Shown here piece by piece: positions 28,401 to 46,791 of a DNA stretch of 64,000 nt (its first letter is position 1; each line of letters starts with the position of its first letter). A model generated the notes under the pieces. It had not been told where the DNA came from. It made no database searches and saw nothing but the letters and a program-made list of their open reading frames with translations. The translations under genes and the position numbers were made by a program. Origin of the DNA: the human T2T-CHM13v2.0 reference genome, Homo sapiens; the NCBI RefSeq assembly GCF_009914755.1, contig NC_060937.1; one strand, written 5' to 3'.

Positions 28401-31400
28401 CAAGTCTCTGCCTACAGGGGCATTGCAATGTATCTCTGCACTGATCACCTAGGTCATGTAACTCTTGTCTAGGCTCTGCCTACAGTGGCATTGTGACATA
28501 TTTCTGCACTGATCACCCAGGTGATGTCACGCTTATCTAGGATCTGCCTAAAGGGACTTTGTGACATATACCTGCACTGATCATCCATGTGATGGGGCTG
28601 TTGTATAGGCTCTGCCTAAGGGGGCATTGTGACATATTTCTGCACTGATCACCAAGGTCACGGACTCTTGTCTTGGATATGCCTATGGGAGCATTGTGAC
28701 ATATCTCTGCACTGATCACCCAGGTGATGTAACTGTTGTAAAAGCTCTGCCTACAGGGGAATTGTGAGAGATCTCGCCACTGATCAACCAAGTGATGTAA
28801 CTATTGTCTAGGCTTTGCCTACAGGGGGCTTTGTGACATACCTTTGCACTGATCACCCAGGTGATGTAACTCATCTAAGTTCTGCCTCCTGGAGCTTCGT
28901 GACATATCTCTGCACTGATCACTTAGGTGATGTAACACTTTTATAAGCACTGCCTACAGGGAATTTTGACAAATCTCTGCAATGATCACCTAGGTGATGT
29001 AACTCTTGTCTACCCTCTGACCAAAGGGGGCACTGTGACATATCTCTGCGCAAAATCTCCCAGGTGATTCAACTCTTGTCTAGGATATGCCTACAGGGGA
29101 CATTGTGACATATCTCTGCACTGATCACCCAGGTGATGCAACTCTTCTCTATGCTCTGCCTACAGGGGACATTGGAACATATCTCTGCACTGATCTCCCA
29201 GGTGATGCAACTCTTCTCTATGCTCTGCCTACAGGGGCATTTTGACATATCTCTGGACTGATCACCCAGGTGATGTAACTCTTTTCTAGTCTCCGCCTAC
29301 AGAGGGCGTTGTGACATCACTCTGCACGGATCACCCCGGTTATGTAACTCTTGTCTAGGCTCTGCCAATGGGGGCATTGTGACTTATCTCTGCACTGATC
29401 ACCCAGGAGATGTGACTCTTGTCTAAGCTCTGCCTAGAGGGACATTGGGAAATATCTCTGCACTGATCGCTGAGGTGATGTAAAACTTGTCTAGGCTTTG
29501 CCTACAGTGGGATTTATGACATATCTCTGCACTGATCACCCAGGTGATGTAACTCTTGTTTAGGCTCTGCTTACAGTTGGTATTGTGAGATATCTCTGCC
29601 CTGATCACCCAGGAGATGTAACTCTTGTCTAGGCTGTGCCTACAGGGGCATTTTAACATATCACTGCACTGATCACCGAGATGATATAACTCTTGTATAG
29701 GCTTCGCCGACAGGGGTCATTGTGTCACATATCTGCACTGATCACCGAGGTGTTGCTACTCTTTTCTGGGATCTGCTTACAGGGGGCATTGTGGCATATC
29801 CCTGCCCTGATCACCCAGGTAATGTAACTCTTGTCTATGCTCTGCTTACAGGGGTATTGTGGGATATCTGTGCACTGATCACCCACGTGATGTAACTCTT
29901 GTGTAGGCTGTGCCTACAGGGGCATTTTAACATATCACTGCACTGATCACCGAGATGATATAACTCTTGTATAGGCTTTGCCGACAGGGGTCATTGTGTC
30001 ACATATCTGCACTGATCACCGAGGTGATGCAACTCTTGTCTGGGATCTGCTTACAGGTGGCATTGTGACATATCTCTGAGCTGATCAACCCGGTGATGTA
30101 ACTCTTTTCTATGCTCTGCCTACTGGAGACATTGTGACATATCTCCGCACTGATCACCCAGGTGATGTCACTATTGTCAAGGATATGGCTACAGGGACAT
30201 TGTGACATGTCACTGCACTGATCACACAGCTGATGTAACTCTTGACTATGCTCTGTCTACAGGGTGCTTGTGAAACATCTCTGCACTGATCACCCAGGTC
30301 ATGTAACCCTTGTCTAGGCTCTGCCAAAAGGGGTCATTTTGACATAACTCTGCACTGATCACCAAGGTGATGGGACTCTTGTCTAGGCTCTACCTACAGG
30401 GGTATTGTGACATATCTCTGCAGTGATCACGCAGGTGATGTAACTCTTGTCTATATCTGCCTACTGGTGGCATTGTGACATATTTCTGCACTGATCACCC
30501 CGGTGATGGACACTTGTCTTTGATCTGCCTGTGGGGACATAGTGACTTATCTCTGCACTGATCACTCATGTGATGTAATGCTTGTCTAAGCTGCGCCTAA
30601 AGGGGAATTGTGACAGATATCTCCAATAATCACCCAGGTGATGTAACAATTTTCTGGGATTTGTTTACAGGTGGCTTTGTGACATATCTTTGCACTGATC
30701 TCCCAGGAGATGTAACTCTTGTCTGGGCTCGGACTACAGGGGCTTTGTGACATATTTCTGTACTCATCACCCAGGTGATGTGACTCTTGTCTAGGCTCCA
30801 CCTACAGGGGGTATTGTGACGTATCTCTGCACTGATCACCCAGGTGATGTAACATTTATCCAGGCTCTGCCTAATGGGGCGTTTTGACATAGCTCTGCAG
30901 AGATCACCTATGTTATGTAACTCTTGTCCACTCTCTGCCTACAGGGGGCATTGTGAAATATCTCTGCACTGATCACCCAGGTGATGGGACTCTTCTCTAT
31001 ACTCTGCCTAGAGGGGGATTTGTGACATATCTCTGCACTGATCACCCAGGTGAAGGAAGTCTTGTCTAGGCTCTGTCTATGGGGGCATTGTGATATCACT
31101 GCACTGATCACCTAGGTGATGTAAACCTTTTATGGGCGTTACCTACAGAAGCCTTTGTAACATATCTATGCACTGATCTCTGAGGTGATGCAACTCTTGT
31201 CTAGGCACTGCCTACAGTGGACATTGGTACATATCTCTGCACTGATCACCCAGGTGATGGACTCTTGTCTTAGATCTGCCTACATGGACATTGTGACACA
31301 TCTCTGAACTGATCAACCATGTGATGAGACTGTTGTCTAGGATCTGCCTACAGGAGCTTTGTGACACATCTCTGCACTGATCACTTTGGGGATTGGACTC

Positions 31401-32177
31401 TTTTCTTCGCTCTGCCTTCAGGAGGCTTTACATCTTATACCTGCACTGATAACCTAGGTGATGTAACACTTGTCTAGACTCTGCCTACACGGGAATTCTC
31501 ACATATCTCTGCACTGATCACGCAGTTGATGTAACTCCTGTCTAGGTTCAGCCTACAGGAGCGTTTTCACATAACTCTGCACTGATCACCCTGGTGATGT
31601 AACCCTTGTCTAAGCTCTGCCTACAGGGGCATTGTGACAGATCTCTCCACTGCTCACCCAGGTGATGTAACAATTATCTGGGCTTTCCCTACAGCAGGCT
31701 TTGTGATATACATTTCCACTGATCAAACAGATGATGTAAGCCTTGTCAAAGTTCTGCTTACAGGGGCTTTGTGACATATCTCTGCACTGATCAACCCAGG
31801 GAAGAAACACTTGTCTGCACTCCGCCTACAGGAGGCTTTACGACTTATCCCTGCAATGATCAGTAGGTGATGTAACACTTGTCTAGGCTCTGTCTACATG
31901 GGAATTTTCACATATCTCTACACTGGTCACCTAAGTGATGTAAACCTTGTCTAGGTTCAGCCTACTGGGGATTTCTGAGATACCTATGCACTGATCACCG
32001 AGGTGAGGTATATCATTTCCAGGCTTTTTGTACAGGGGACATTGTGATATGTCTCTACACTGATCACCCAAATGATGCAAATTTTCTCTAGACTCCTCAG
32101 GGAGGTTGCATTGTGACATATTTCTGAACTGATCATCCAGGAAGATGTAACTGTTCTCCAGGCTTTGACTAAAGATC
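25498..32177 (-). repeat. Beta satellite array
   Basis: 68-bp monomers with recurring variant order. Confidence 0.97.
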
Positions 32178-32876
32178 ATCGGAAGGTGTCGGGAGAGACT
32201 CAGCCGGAATTTCACGGACGGACAAGGGAACAGAGAGGCCAGCGGGCTCCCTTGCACCTCAGCCGGGGTGCCCAATGAGCGCAGGTCTATCCAGGAGGCC
32301 AGCAAAGTGAGGTAGATGTCTGGGTTCCGCCGGCAGGGCCTCCATGGTGGCACCTGGGAGGCTGCAGGGGCACTGTCGGGCCGGCGACGGTAGCGTGGAG
32401 GGGCAGTGGAGGCGAGTTGCCAGAGTGGTGACAGCCCTGGACGCTGCACGGGCCCGGTGTTTCATGGGACGGGGGTCTCCACCTAGCCCAGGGGAAGACG
32501 CATTTCCTGGGGGTGGGGGGTGGGGGTGGGTTGGGGTGGTCAGGCGAGGGTGAGGTTGTGGAAAGTCATGAGAGCTCTCCCCGGGCTGTTCCCAGAGCCC
32601 AGGTGGCTGCCTGCAAACCTGCGTGTGCGCAGTAGGCAGCACACCTGCTTGTACCAGGGCCGGCTCTGGGATCCCCGCGATGCCCAGGAAAGAATGGCAG
32701 TTCTCCGCTGTGTGGAGCCTTTCACCGGGCCTAGACCTAGAAGGCAGGAATCCCAGGCCGGTCAGCCTGGTGGAGGGGGTGTGGGGAAGACACGCCCCTC
32801 CATACCAAGCCAGGTGTTCCCCGCGAAAGAGAGGCCGCCACCCTGCCCTGACCCGACCACTTCCACACCCCGCGTC

Positions 32877-34330
<1,454 letters not shown>

Positions 34331-35234
34331 AGCCTTGGGACTGCCCGCCCCACACCGGTAGGTTCCCAGGGTGTAGAGGCCTGCTGCCGGGAGGTGGTTT
34401 GGTGGGGTGGGAGGGCGTGGTGATGGTGGTGGTGGGGCCGGAGAGACGAAGAGGAAGGGGGCGAGGGGGAAGGGGTGAGGGGGGCGCGTTTCGGGGGCTG
34501 GCCCTCTGGACCGCTCCAGTAATCCCGCGGGAACTAGAAGGTGCTCTCTGAGCTCCCACCCATCTTCAGCAGGGAGAAACCGGCCTGGGACGGTGGAGGG
34601 GAGTGTGGAACTGAACCTCCGTGGGAGTCTTGAGTGTTCCAGGCCCTCTCTCCGTGAAGGAGGCAGTGCCTATGGGGGTCGCCGTTGCCGGGACAGTCTC
34701 ACACGCGCAGGCGTGTGGCTCTCGTTCATTTCCACGTAGGACACCAGAGCGAGACCCCAGAGAGAAGATGCCTCCCCGGCGTGATGGCATGACGATGGAT
34801 TCCCGTGTGCGGCAACATGGGGAGTCTGCAGTGTGGCCGGTTTGGAAACTGCCAAGGAGAGTGAAGGCACCATGCTGGTCTTCCACCCTTCGCTGCATGT
34901 TTCTGGGTGCCCGCAGAGCTCTGGGAGTAAACAGTCAGCATGGCCAGCCTTTCAGGGGCAGGAGAGACGTGAGTAACAGGCCGTCTGCTGACGGCAAAGC
35001 CACGCGGAAACCATAATCACGCCTCCGTCGTCCCGAGTGTGGCTCCTCCGTGATCGGGGCTGTCAGCCTTGCGCTCCGTTACAGGGCTCAGCCTGGGGAT
35101 GTGCGGTATGTGAACCATGGGGATGAAAACCCGATGGCAACCCGAGTCCAGGTCTTTTGTCTCTGAGGAAACCATCCATTCCCTGGGCCACGGAATCAGG
35201 GCGAATGAGTGCCCCGCCGGCCGGCTGTGGGCCA

Positions 35235-38200
35235 AACTATTTTCTAGTCTCTGCCTACAGAGGGCATTGTGACATCACTCTGCACAGATCACCCAGGTGA
35301 TGGGACATGTGTCTAGGCTCCGCCTATGGGGGCATTGTGACATATCTCTACACTGATCACCCAGGTGATGTAACTTTTGTGTTGGATCTGCCTATGGGGG
35401 CATTTTGACGTATTTATTCACTGATCACCCAGGTGATGGGACTCTTGTCTATGCTCTGTGTATGGGGGCTTTGTGACATATCTCTGCACTGATCACCCAG
35501 ATGATATAACGCTTGACTAGGCTCTGCCTACAGGGCATAGTGACATATCACTGCATCGATCACCGAGGTGATGTAACTCTTGTCCAGGCTCTGCCTATTG
35601 GGGGGCTTGTGACATATCCCTGCACTGATCATCTAGGTGATGGGACTCTTGTCTAGGCTCTGCCTACTGGGGGCATTGTGACTTATCTCTGCACTGATCA
35701 CCCAGGTGATGTAACTCTGGTCTAAGCTCTGCCTAAAGGGGTATTGTGACAGATCTCTGCACTGATCACTCAGGTGATGAAACTATTTTCTAGGCTCTGC
35801 TTAAAGGGGCCTTGTCACATATCTCTGCACTGATCATCCAGGTGATGTAACTCTTGTTTAGGCTCTGCTTACAGGGAGTATTGTGACATATCTCTGCTTT
35901 GATCACCTAAGTGATGTAACATTTGTGTAGGATCTGCCTACGGGGGCATTTTGACATATCTCTGCACTGTTAACCGAGGTGATGTAACTCTTGTGTTGGC
36001 TGTGTCCACGGGGGATTGAGACATATCTCTGCACTGATCCTGAGGTGATCCAACTCTTGCCTGGTCTCTGCCTACTGGGGACATTGTGACATATCTCTGC
36101 ACTGGTCTCCCACGTGCTGTAACTTTAGTCTAGGCTCTGGCTACACGGCATTGTGACATATCACTGCACTGATCACCCAGGTGATGTAACTCTTATCTAG
36201 GCTCTGCCTACAGGGGGCTTGTGACATATCTCTGCACTGATCACCAAGGTGATATAACCCTTCTCTAGGATCTGCCTAAAGGGTGCTTTGTGACATATCC
36301 CTGCAATGATCACAAAGTTGATATACCCCTTTTCAGTGCTCTGCCTACAGGGGCATAGCGATGTATCTCTGCACTGATCACCTAGGTCATGTAACTCTTG
36401 TGTAGGCTCTGCCAAGAGTGGCATTGTGACATATCTCTGCACTGATCACTTTGTGATATACATTTGCACTGATCAAACAGGTGATGTAACCCTTGTCAAG
36501 GTTCTGCTTACAGGGGTTTTGTGACATATCTCTGCACTGATCACCCAGGTGATGGGACTCTTCTCTATTCTCTGACTAGAGGGATAATTGTGACATATCT
36601 CTGCACTGATCACCCAGGTGATGGAAGTCTTGTCTATGCTCTGTCTATGGGGGCATTGTATCTAATTTCTGCACTGATCACCCAGGTGATGTAACTCTTG
36701 TCTAGGCTCTGTCTACCGGGATATTTGTGACATATCACTGCAGTGATCACCCAGGTGATGAAAGCCTTGTATGGGCTTTGCCTACAGAAGGCTTTGTGAC
36801 ATATCTATGCACTGATCTCTAAGGTGATGGAACTCTTGTCTAGGCAGTGCCTACAGGGGACATTGGTATATATCTCTGCACTGATCACCCAGGTGATGGA
36901 CTCTTTTCTTAGATCTGCCTACATGGACATTGTGACATATCTCTGCACTGATCAACCAGGTGATGTAACTGTTGTATAAGCTCTGCCGACAGAGGAATTG
37001 TGAGAGATCTCGCCACTGATCACCCAAGTGTTGTAACTATTGTCTAGGCTTTGCCTACAGGGGGCTTTGTGACATACCTTTCCACTGATCACCCAGGTGA
37101 TGTAACTCATCTAAGTTCTGCCTACAGGAGCTTTGTGACATATCTCTGCACTGATCACTTAGGTGATGTAACACTTTTATAAGCTCTGCCTTCGGGGAAT
37201 TTTGACAAATCTCTGCACTGATCACCAGGGTGATGTAACCCTTGTCTACCCTCTGCCCAAAGGGGGCATTGTGAAATATCTCTGCACTGATCACCCAGGC
37301 GATTCAACTCTTGTCTATGATCTGCCTACAGGGGGTATTGTGAAATATCTCTGCACTGATCAACTAGGTGATGTAACTCTTATCTAGGCTCTCCCTACAT
37401 GTGCGTTTTCACATATCCCTGAACTGATGACAAAGGTGATGTAACTCTTGCCTAGGCTTTGCCTACAGGGGACATTGTGACATATCTCTGCACTGATCAC
37501 CTAAGGGATGTAACACTTGTGTCGGCTCTGTCTACAGGGGCATTTTGACTTATATCTGCACTGTTAACTGAGGTGATGTAACACTTGTCTAGGCTGTGCC
37601 CACAGGGGGATTGAGACATATCTCTGCACTGATCCCGAGGTGATCCAACTCCTTCCTGGTCTCTGCCTACTGGGGACATTGTGACATATCTCTGCACTGA
37701 TCACCCAGGTGATGCAACTCTTCTCTATGCTCTGCCTACATGGGATATTGTGACATATCTCTGCACTGATCACCCAGGTGATGTAACTCTTTTCTAGTCT
37801 CTGCCTACAGAGGGCGTTGTGACGTCACTCTGCACGGATCACCCGGGTTATATAACTCTTGTCTAGGCTCTATCTAGGGGGCATTGTGACTTATCTCTGC
37901 ACTGATCACCCATGAGTTGTTACTCTTGTCCAAGCTCTGCCTTGAGGGACTTTGGGGCATATCGCTGCACTGATCACAGAGGTGATGTAAAATTTGTCTA
38001 GGCATCGCCTACAGTGGGATTTATGACATATCTCTGCACTGATCACCCAGGTGATGTAACTCTTGTCTAGGCTCTGCTCACAGGGGGTATTGTGAGATAT
38101 CTCTACACTGATCACCCAGGTGATGTAACTCCTGTCTAGCCTCTGCCTACAGGGGCATTTTAACATATCACTGCACTGATCACTGCGATGATGTAACCCT

Positions 38201-41200
38201 TGTATAGGCTTCGCCGACTGGGGGAATTGAGACATATCTCTGCACTGATCACCGATGTGATGCAACTCTTGTCTAGGCTCTGCTTACAGGGGGCATTGTG
38301 ACATATCTCTACCCTAATCACGCAGGTGATGTAACTCTTTTCTAGGCTCCAACTACACGGGTTATTGTGACATATCTCCACACTGATCACCCAGGTGATG
38401 TCACTATTGTCAAGCATATGGCTACAGGGACATTTTGACATGTCACTGCACTGATCACACAGCTGATGTAACTCTTGTCTAGGCTCTGGCTACAGGGGGC
38501 TTGTGACACATCTCTGCACTGATCACCCAGGTGATGTAACCCTTTTCTAGGCTCTGCCAAAAGGGGGTATTGTGACATAACTCCGCACTGATCACCCAGG
38601 TGATGGGACACTTTTCTAGGCTCTGCCTACAGGGGTATTGTGACATATCTCTGCAGTGATCACGCAGGTGATGTAACTCTTGTCTATATCTGCCTACTGG
38701 CAGCATTGTGGCATATTTCTGCACTGATCACCCAGGTGATGGACTCTTGTCTTGGATCTGCCTATGGGGGCATAGTGACATATCTCTGCACTGATCACTC
38801 ATGTGATGTAACGCTTGTCTAATCTGTGCCTAAAGGGGAATTGAGACAGCTATGTCCACTGATCACCCAGGAGATGTAACAATTTTCTGGGATTTGTCTA
38901 CAGTGAGCTTTGTGACATATCTTTGCACTGATCACCCAGGAGATGTAACTCTTTTCTAGGCTTGGCCTACAGGGGTTTTGTAACATATTTCTTCACTGAT
39001 CACCCAGGTGTTGCAACTCTTTTTTAGGCTCTGCCTACAGATGCTTTGTGACGTATTTCTGTACTAATCACCCAGGTGTTGTAACTCTTGTCTAGTCTCC
39101 ACCTACAGGGGTTATTGTGACACATCTCTGCACTGATCATCCAGGTGATGTAACTCTTCTCTAGGCTCCACCTACAGGGGGTATTGTGACGTATCTCTGC
39201 ACTGATCACCCATGTGATGTAACATTTATCTAGCCTCTGCCTACAGTGGCGTTTTGAGATAGCTCTGCACAGATCACCTAGGTTATGTAACTCTTTTCCA
39301 CTCTCTGCCTACAGGGGGCTTTGTGAAATATTACTGCACTGATCACCCAGGTGATGTAAGTGTGGTCTATGCTCCGCCTAAAGGGGCATTTTGACAGTTC
39401 TCTGCACTGATCACTCAGGTGATGTAACTATTCTCTAGGCTCTGCTTAAAGGGGCCTTGTCACATATCTCTGCATTGATCACCCAGGTGATGTAACTCTT
39501 GTCTAGGCTCTGCTTACAGGGGGTATTGTGACATATCTCTGCACTGATCACCTAAGTGATATAACACTTGTGTAGGCTCTGCCTGCAGGGGCATTGTGAA
39601 ATATCTCTGCACTGATTACCCAGGTGATGGGACCCTTTTCTTGGCTCTGCTTACTGGGGGCATTGTCACACATGTCTGCACTGATCACCCAGGTAACGGA
39701 TACTTGTCTTGGATTTTCCTATGGGGGCATTGTGACATATCTCTGCACTGATCACCCACGTGATGTAACTCTGCTCTAAGCTCTGCCTAAAGTGGCATTG
39801 TGACAGATCTCTGCACTGATCACTCAGGTGATGTAACTATTGTCTAGGCTCTGCTTACAGGGGGTATTGTGACATATTTCTTCACTGATCACATAAGTGA
39901 TATAACAATTGGGTAGGCTCTGCCTACAGGGGCATTTTGACATATCTCTGCACTGTAAACTGAGGTAATGTAATTCTTGTCTAGTCTGTGCCCAAAGGGG
40001 GATTGAGACATATCTCTGCACTGATCCCGAGGTGATCCAACCCTTGCCTGGTCTCTGCCTACTGGGGACATTGTGACATATCTCTGCACTGATCTCCCAG
40101 ATGCTGTAACTTTAATCTAGGCTCTGGCTACATGGCATTGTGACACATCACTACACTGATCACCCAGGTGATATAACTCTTCTCTAGGATCTGCCTACAG
40201 GGTGCTTTGTGACATATCCCTGCAATGATCACCCAGGTGATATACCACTTGTCAAGGCTCTGCCTACTGGGAAATTCAGCTGTATGTCTGCACTGATCAC
40301 CTAGGTCATGTAACACATGTCTAGGCTCTGCCAACAGTGGCATTGTGACATATCTCTGCACTGATCATCCAAGGGATGTAACTCTAGTCTAGGATCTGCC
40401 TAAAGGTACTTTGTGACATAACTCTGCACTGATCATCCAGGTGATGGGGCTTTTGTCTAGGCTCTGCATAAGGGGGCATTGTGGCATATTTCTGCACTGA
40501 TCACCCGGGTGACGGACTGCTGTCTTGGATCTGCCTATGGGGGCATTGTGACATAACTCTGTACTGCTCACCCAGGTGATGTAACTGTTGTATAACCTCT
40601 GCCTGCAGGGGAATTGTGAGAGATCTCGCCACAGAACACCCAAGTGATGTAACTATTGTCTAGGCTTTGCCTACAGGGGCTTTGTGACATACCTTTGCAC
40701 TGATCACCCAGGTGATGTAACTTATTTGAGTTCTACCTACAGGAGCTTTGTGACATATCTCTGCACTGATCACTTAGGTGATATAACAATTTTATAAGCA
40801 CTGCCGACAGGGAATTTTGACAAATCTCTGCACTGATCACCTAGGTGATGTAACTCTTGTCTACCCTCTGCCCAAAGGGGGCATTGTGAAATATCTCTGC
40901 ACTGATCACCCAGGTGATTCAACCCTTGTCTAGGATCTGCCTACAGGGTGTATTGTGAAATATCTCTGCACTGATCTCCTAGGTGAAGTAACTCTTGTCT
41001 AGGCTCTCCGTATAGGTGCGTTTTCACATATCTCTGAACTGATGACAAAGGTGATGTAAATCATGCCTAGGCTTTGCCTACAGGGGACATTGTGACATAT
41101 CTCTGCACTGATCACCCAGGTGATGTAACTCTTGTCTAGGCTCTGCCTACAGCGGATATTGTGACATATCACTGCACTGATCACCGAGATGATGTAACTC

Positions 41201-44025
41201 TAGTATAGGCTTCGCCAGCAGAGGTCATTGAGACTTATCTCTGCACTGATCACCGAGGTGATCCAACTCTTGTCGGGCATCTGCTTACAGGGGGCATTGT
41301 GACATATTTCTGCCCTGATCACCCTGGTGATGTAACTCTTGTCTAGGATCTGCCTACGGGAGACATTGTGACATATCTCTGCACTGATCACCCAGGTGAT
41401 GTCACTTTTGTCAAGGATGTGGCTACAGAGACATTGTGACGTGTCACTGCACTGATCACACAGCTGATGTAAGCATATTCTAGGCTCTGGCTACAGGGGG
41501 CTTGGGACACATTTCTGCCCTGATCACCCAGGTGATGTAACTCTTGTCTAGGCTCTGCATACTGGAGTCATTTCGACATATCTCCGCACTGATAACCCAG
41601 GTGATGTCACTTTTGTCAAGGATATGGCTACAGGGGCTTTGTGACATATCACTGCACTGATCACCCAGGTGATGTAACCCTTGCCTAGGCTCTGCCAAAA
41701 GGGGCCATTGTGACATAACTCTGCACTGATCACCCTGGTGATTGGACTCTTGTCTGGGCTCTGCCTACAGGGGTATTGTGACATATCTCTGCAGTGATCA
41801 CGCAGGTGATGTAACTCTTGTCTATATCTGCCTACTGGCGGCATTGTGACATATTTCTGCACTGATCACCCAGGTGATGGACTCTTCTCTTGGATCTGCC
41901 TATGGGGGCATAGTGACATATCTCTTCACTGATCACTCATGTGATGTAATGCTTGTCTAAACTGCGCCTAAAGGGGAATTGTGACAGATGTCTCCACTGA
42001 TCACCCAGGTGATGTAACAATTTTCTGGGATTTGTCTACAGTGAGCTTTGTGACATATCTTTGCACTGATCACCCAGGAGATGTAACACAATTTCTATGC
42101 TCGGACTACAGGGGCTTTGTGACATATTTCTGCAGTAATCACCAAGTGATGTAACTCTTGTTTATGCTCTGCCTACAGGGGCTTGTGACATATCTCTGCA
42201 CTGATCACCCAGGTGAAGTAATTCTTCTCTAGGATCTGCCTACAGGTTACTTTGGGACATATCCCTGCAATGATCACCCAGGTGATGTGCCACTTGTCAA
42301 GGCTCTGCCTACTGGGACATTGCGATGTATCTCTGCACTGATCACCTAGATCATGTAACTCTTGTCTAGGATCTGCCTGCAGTGGCATTGTGACATATCT
42401 CTGCACTGATCATCCAAGCGAAGTAACCCTTGTCTAGGATCTGCCTAAAGGGATTTTGTGAAGTAACTCTGCACTGATCATCCTTTTAACGGGGCTTTTG
42501 ACTAGGCTCTGCCTAAGGGGGCATTGTGACATATTTCTTCACTGACCACCCAGGTGACGGACTCTTTCTTGGATCTGTCTATGGGGGCATTTTGACATAT
42601 CTCTGCACTGATCACCCAGGTGATGTAACTGTTGTAGAAGCTCTGCCGACAGGGGAATTGTGAGAGATCTCGCCACTGATCACCCAAGTGATGTAAATAT
42701 TGTCTAGGCTTTGCCTACAGGGGGCTTTGTGACATACCTTTGCACTGATCACCCAGGTGATGTAACTCATCTAAGTTCTGTGTACAGGAGCTTTGTGACA
42801 TGTCTCTGCAGTGATCACTTAGGTGATGTAACACTTTTATAAGCACTGCCTACATGGAATTTCGACAAATCTCGGCACTGATCACCTAGGTGATGTAACT
42901 ATTGTCTACCCTCTGCCCAAAGGGGGCATTGTGAAATATCTCTGCACTGATCACCCAGGTGATTCAACTCTTGTCTAGGATCTGCCTACAGGGGGTATTG
43001 TGAAATAGCTCTGCACTGATCAACTGGGTGATGTAACTCTTGTCAAGGCTCTGCCTACCAGGGCGTTTTCACATATCCCTGAACTGATGACAAAGGTGAT
43101 GTAACTCTTGCCTAGGCTTTGCCTACAGGGGAAATTGTGACACATCTCTGAACTGATCAACCAAGTGATGAAACTCTTGTCTAGGCTCGGCCTACAGGGG
43201 CTTTCTGACACATCTCTGCACTGATCACCCTGGGGAGGGAACTCTTGTCTACACTCTGCCTACAGGAGGCTTTATGACTTATACCTGCACTGATAACCTA
43301 GGTGATGTAACCCTTGTCTAGGCTCTACCTACACGGGAATTCTCACATATCTCTGCACTGATCACCCAGGTGATGTAACTCCTGTCTAGGTTCAGCCTAC
43401 AGGAGCTTTTTGACATATCTCTGCACTGATCACCCAGGTGATGTAACACTTGTCTAAGCTCTGCCTACAGGGGCATTGTGACAGATCTCTCCAGTGCTCA
43501 CCAAGGTGAAGTACCAATTTTGTGGGCTTTGCCTTCAGGGGGCTTTGTGATATACATTTCCACTGATCAAACAGGTGATGTAACCCTTGTCAAGGTTCTT
43601 ATTAAAGGGGCTTTGTGAGATATCTCTTCTCTGCACTGAACACCCCAGGGAGGAAACAGTTGTATACACTCTGCCTACAGGAGGCTTTACCACTTATCCA
43701 TTCACTGATCACTAGGTGACGTAACACTTGTCTTGGCTCTGACTACACGAGAATTTTCACATATCTCTACACTGATCACCTAAGTGATGTAACCCCTGTC
43801 TAGGTTCAGCCTACTGGGGATTTCTGACATACCTTTGCACTGATCACCGAGGTGATGTAAATCGTTTCCAGGCTTTTTGTACAGTGGACATTGTGTTACA
43901 TCTCTGCACTGATCACCTAAATAAGGCAAATCATCTCCAGCCTCCGCAGGGAGGGGGCATTGTGACATATTTCTGAACTGATCATCCAGGAGATGTAACT
44001 ATTCTCCAGGCTTTGACTAAAGATC
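35235..44025 (-). repeat. Beta satellite array (longest block, about 8.8 kb)
   Basis: 68-bp monomers. Confidence 0.97.
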
Positions 44026-44725
44026 GTCGGAAGGTGTTTGGAGAACCTCAGCCAGAATTTCATGGACGGACAAGGGCACAGAGAGGCCATCGGGCTCCCT
44101 TGCACGTCAGCCGGGGTGTGCAATGAGCGCAGGTCTAGCCAGGAGGCCGACAAAGAGAGCTAGAGGTCTGCGTTCCACCGCCAGGCGCTCCATGGTGGCA
44201 GCTGGGATGCTGCAGGGGCACGGGTGGGTCGGCGACGGTGTCGCCGAGGCGCAGAGGAGGCGAGCTGCTGGAGGGGTGTCAGGCCTGGACGCTGCTTGGG
44301 CCCGATATTTCGCGGGACGGGGGTCTCTACCCAGCCCAGGGGAGGACGCATTTTCCGGGTTTTGTGTGTGCGGGTGGGGAAGGGGTGGTCAGGCAGGGGT
44401 GGGTTGGTGGAAAATCATGAGAGCTCTGCCCGGGCTGCTCCCACAGCCCAGGCGGCTGGCCGCAACTCCCAGCGTGCGCAGTAGGCAGCCCACCTGCTGG
44501 TACCGGGGCCGGCTCTGGGATCCCCGGGATGCCCAGGATAGAATGGCAGTTCTCCGCTCTGTGGAGTCTCTCACAGGGCCTAGACCTAGAAGGCAGGAAT
44601 CCCAGGCCGGTCAGCACGGTGGAGGGGGCGGGGTGAAGACACTCCCTTCCTTAGCCAGCCAGGTGTTCCCCGCGAAAGAGAGGCCACCTCCCTGCCCCGA
44701 CCCGACCACGTCCCAACCCCTCGCC

Positions 44726-46414
<1,689 letters not shown>

Positions 46415-46791
46415 TCAGCAGGGAGAAATTGCCCTGGGAGTGTGGAGGGGAGTGTGGAAGTGAATATCCGTGGGAGTCTGGAGTGTTCCAGGCCCTCTCT
46501 CCGTGAAGGAGGCAGTGCATGTGGCTGTCGCCGTTGCTGGGACATTCTCACGCACGCAAGCGTGTGGTTCTCGTTCATTTCCAAGTAGGAGACCAGAGTG
46601 AGACCCCAGAGAGAAGATGCCTCCCCGGCGGGATGGCCTGATGATGGATTCCCGTTTGCGGCAACATGGGGAGTCTGCAGTGTGGCCGGTTTGGAAACTG
46701 CCAAGGAGAGCGAAGGCACCATGCTGGTCTTCCACCCTTCCCTGCATGTTTCTGGCTGCCCACAGAGATCCGGGAGCAAACAGTCAGCATG

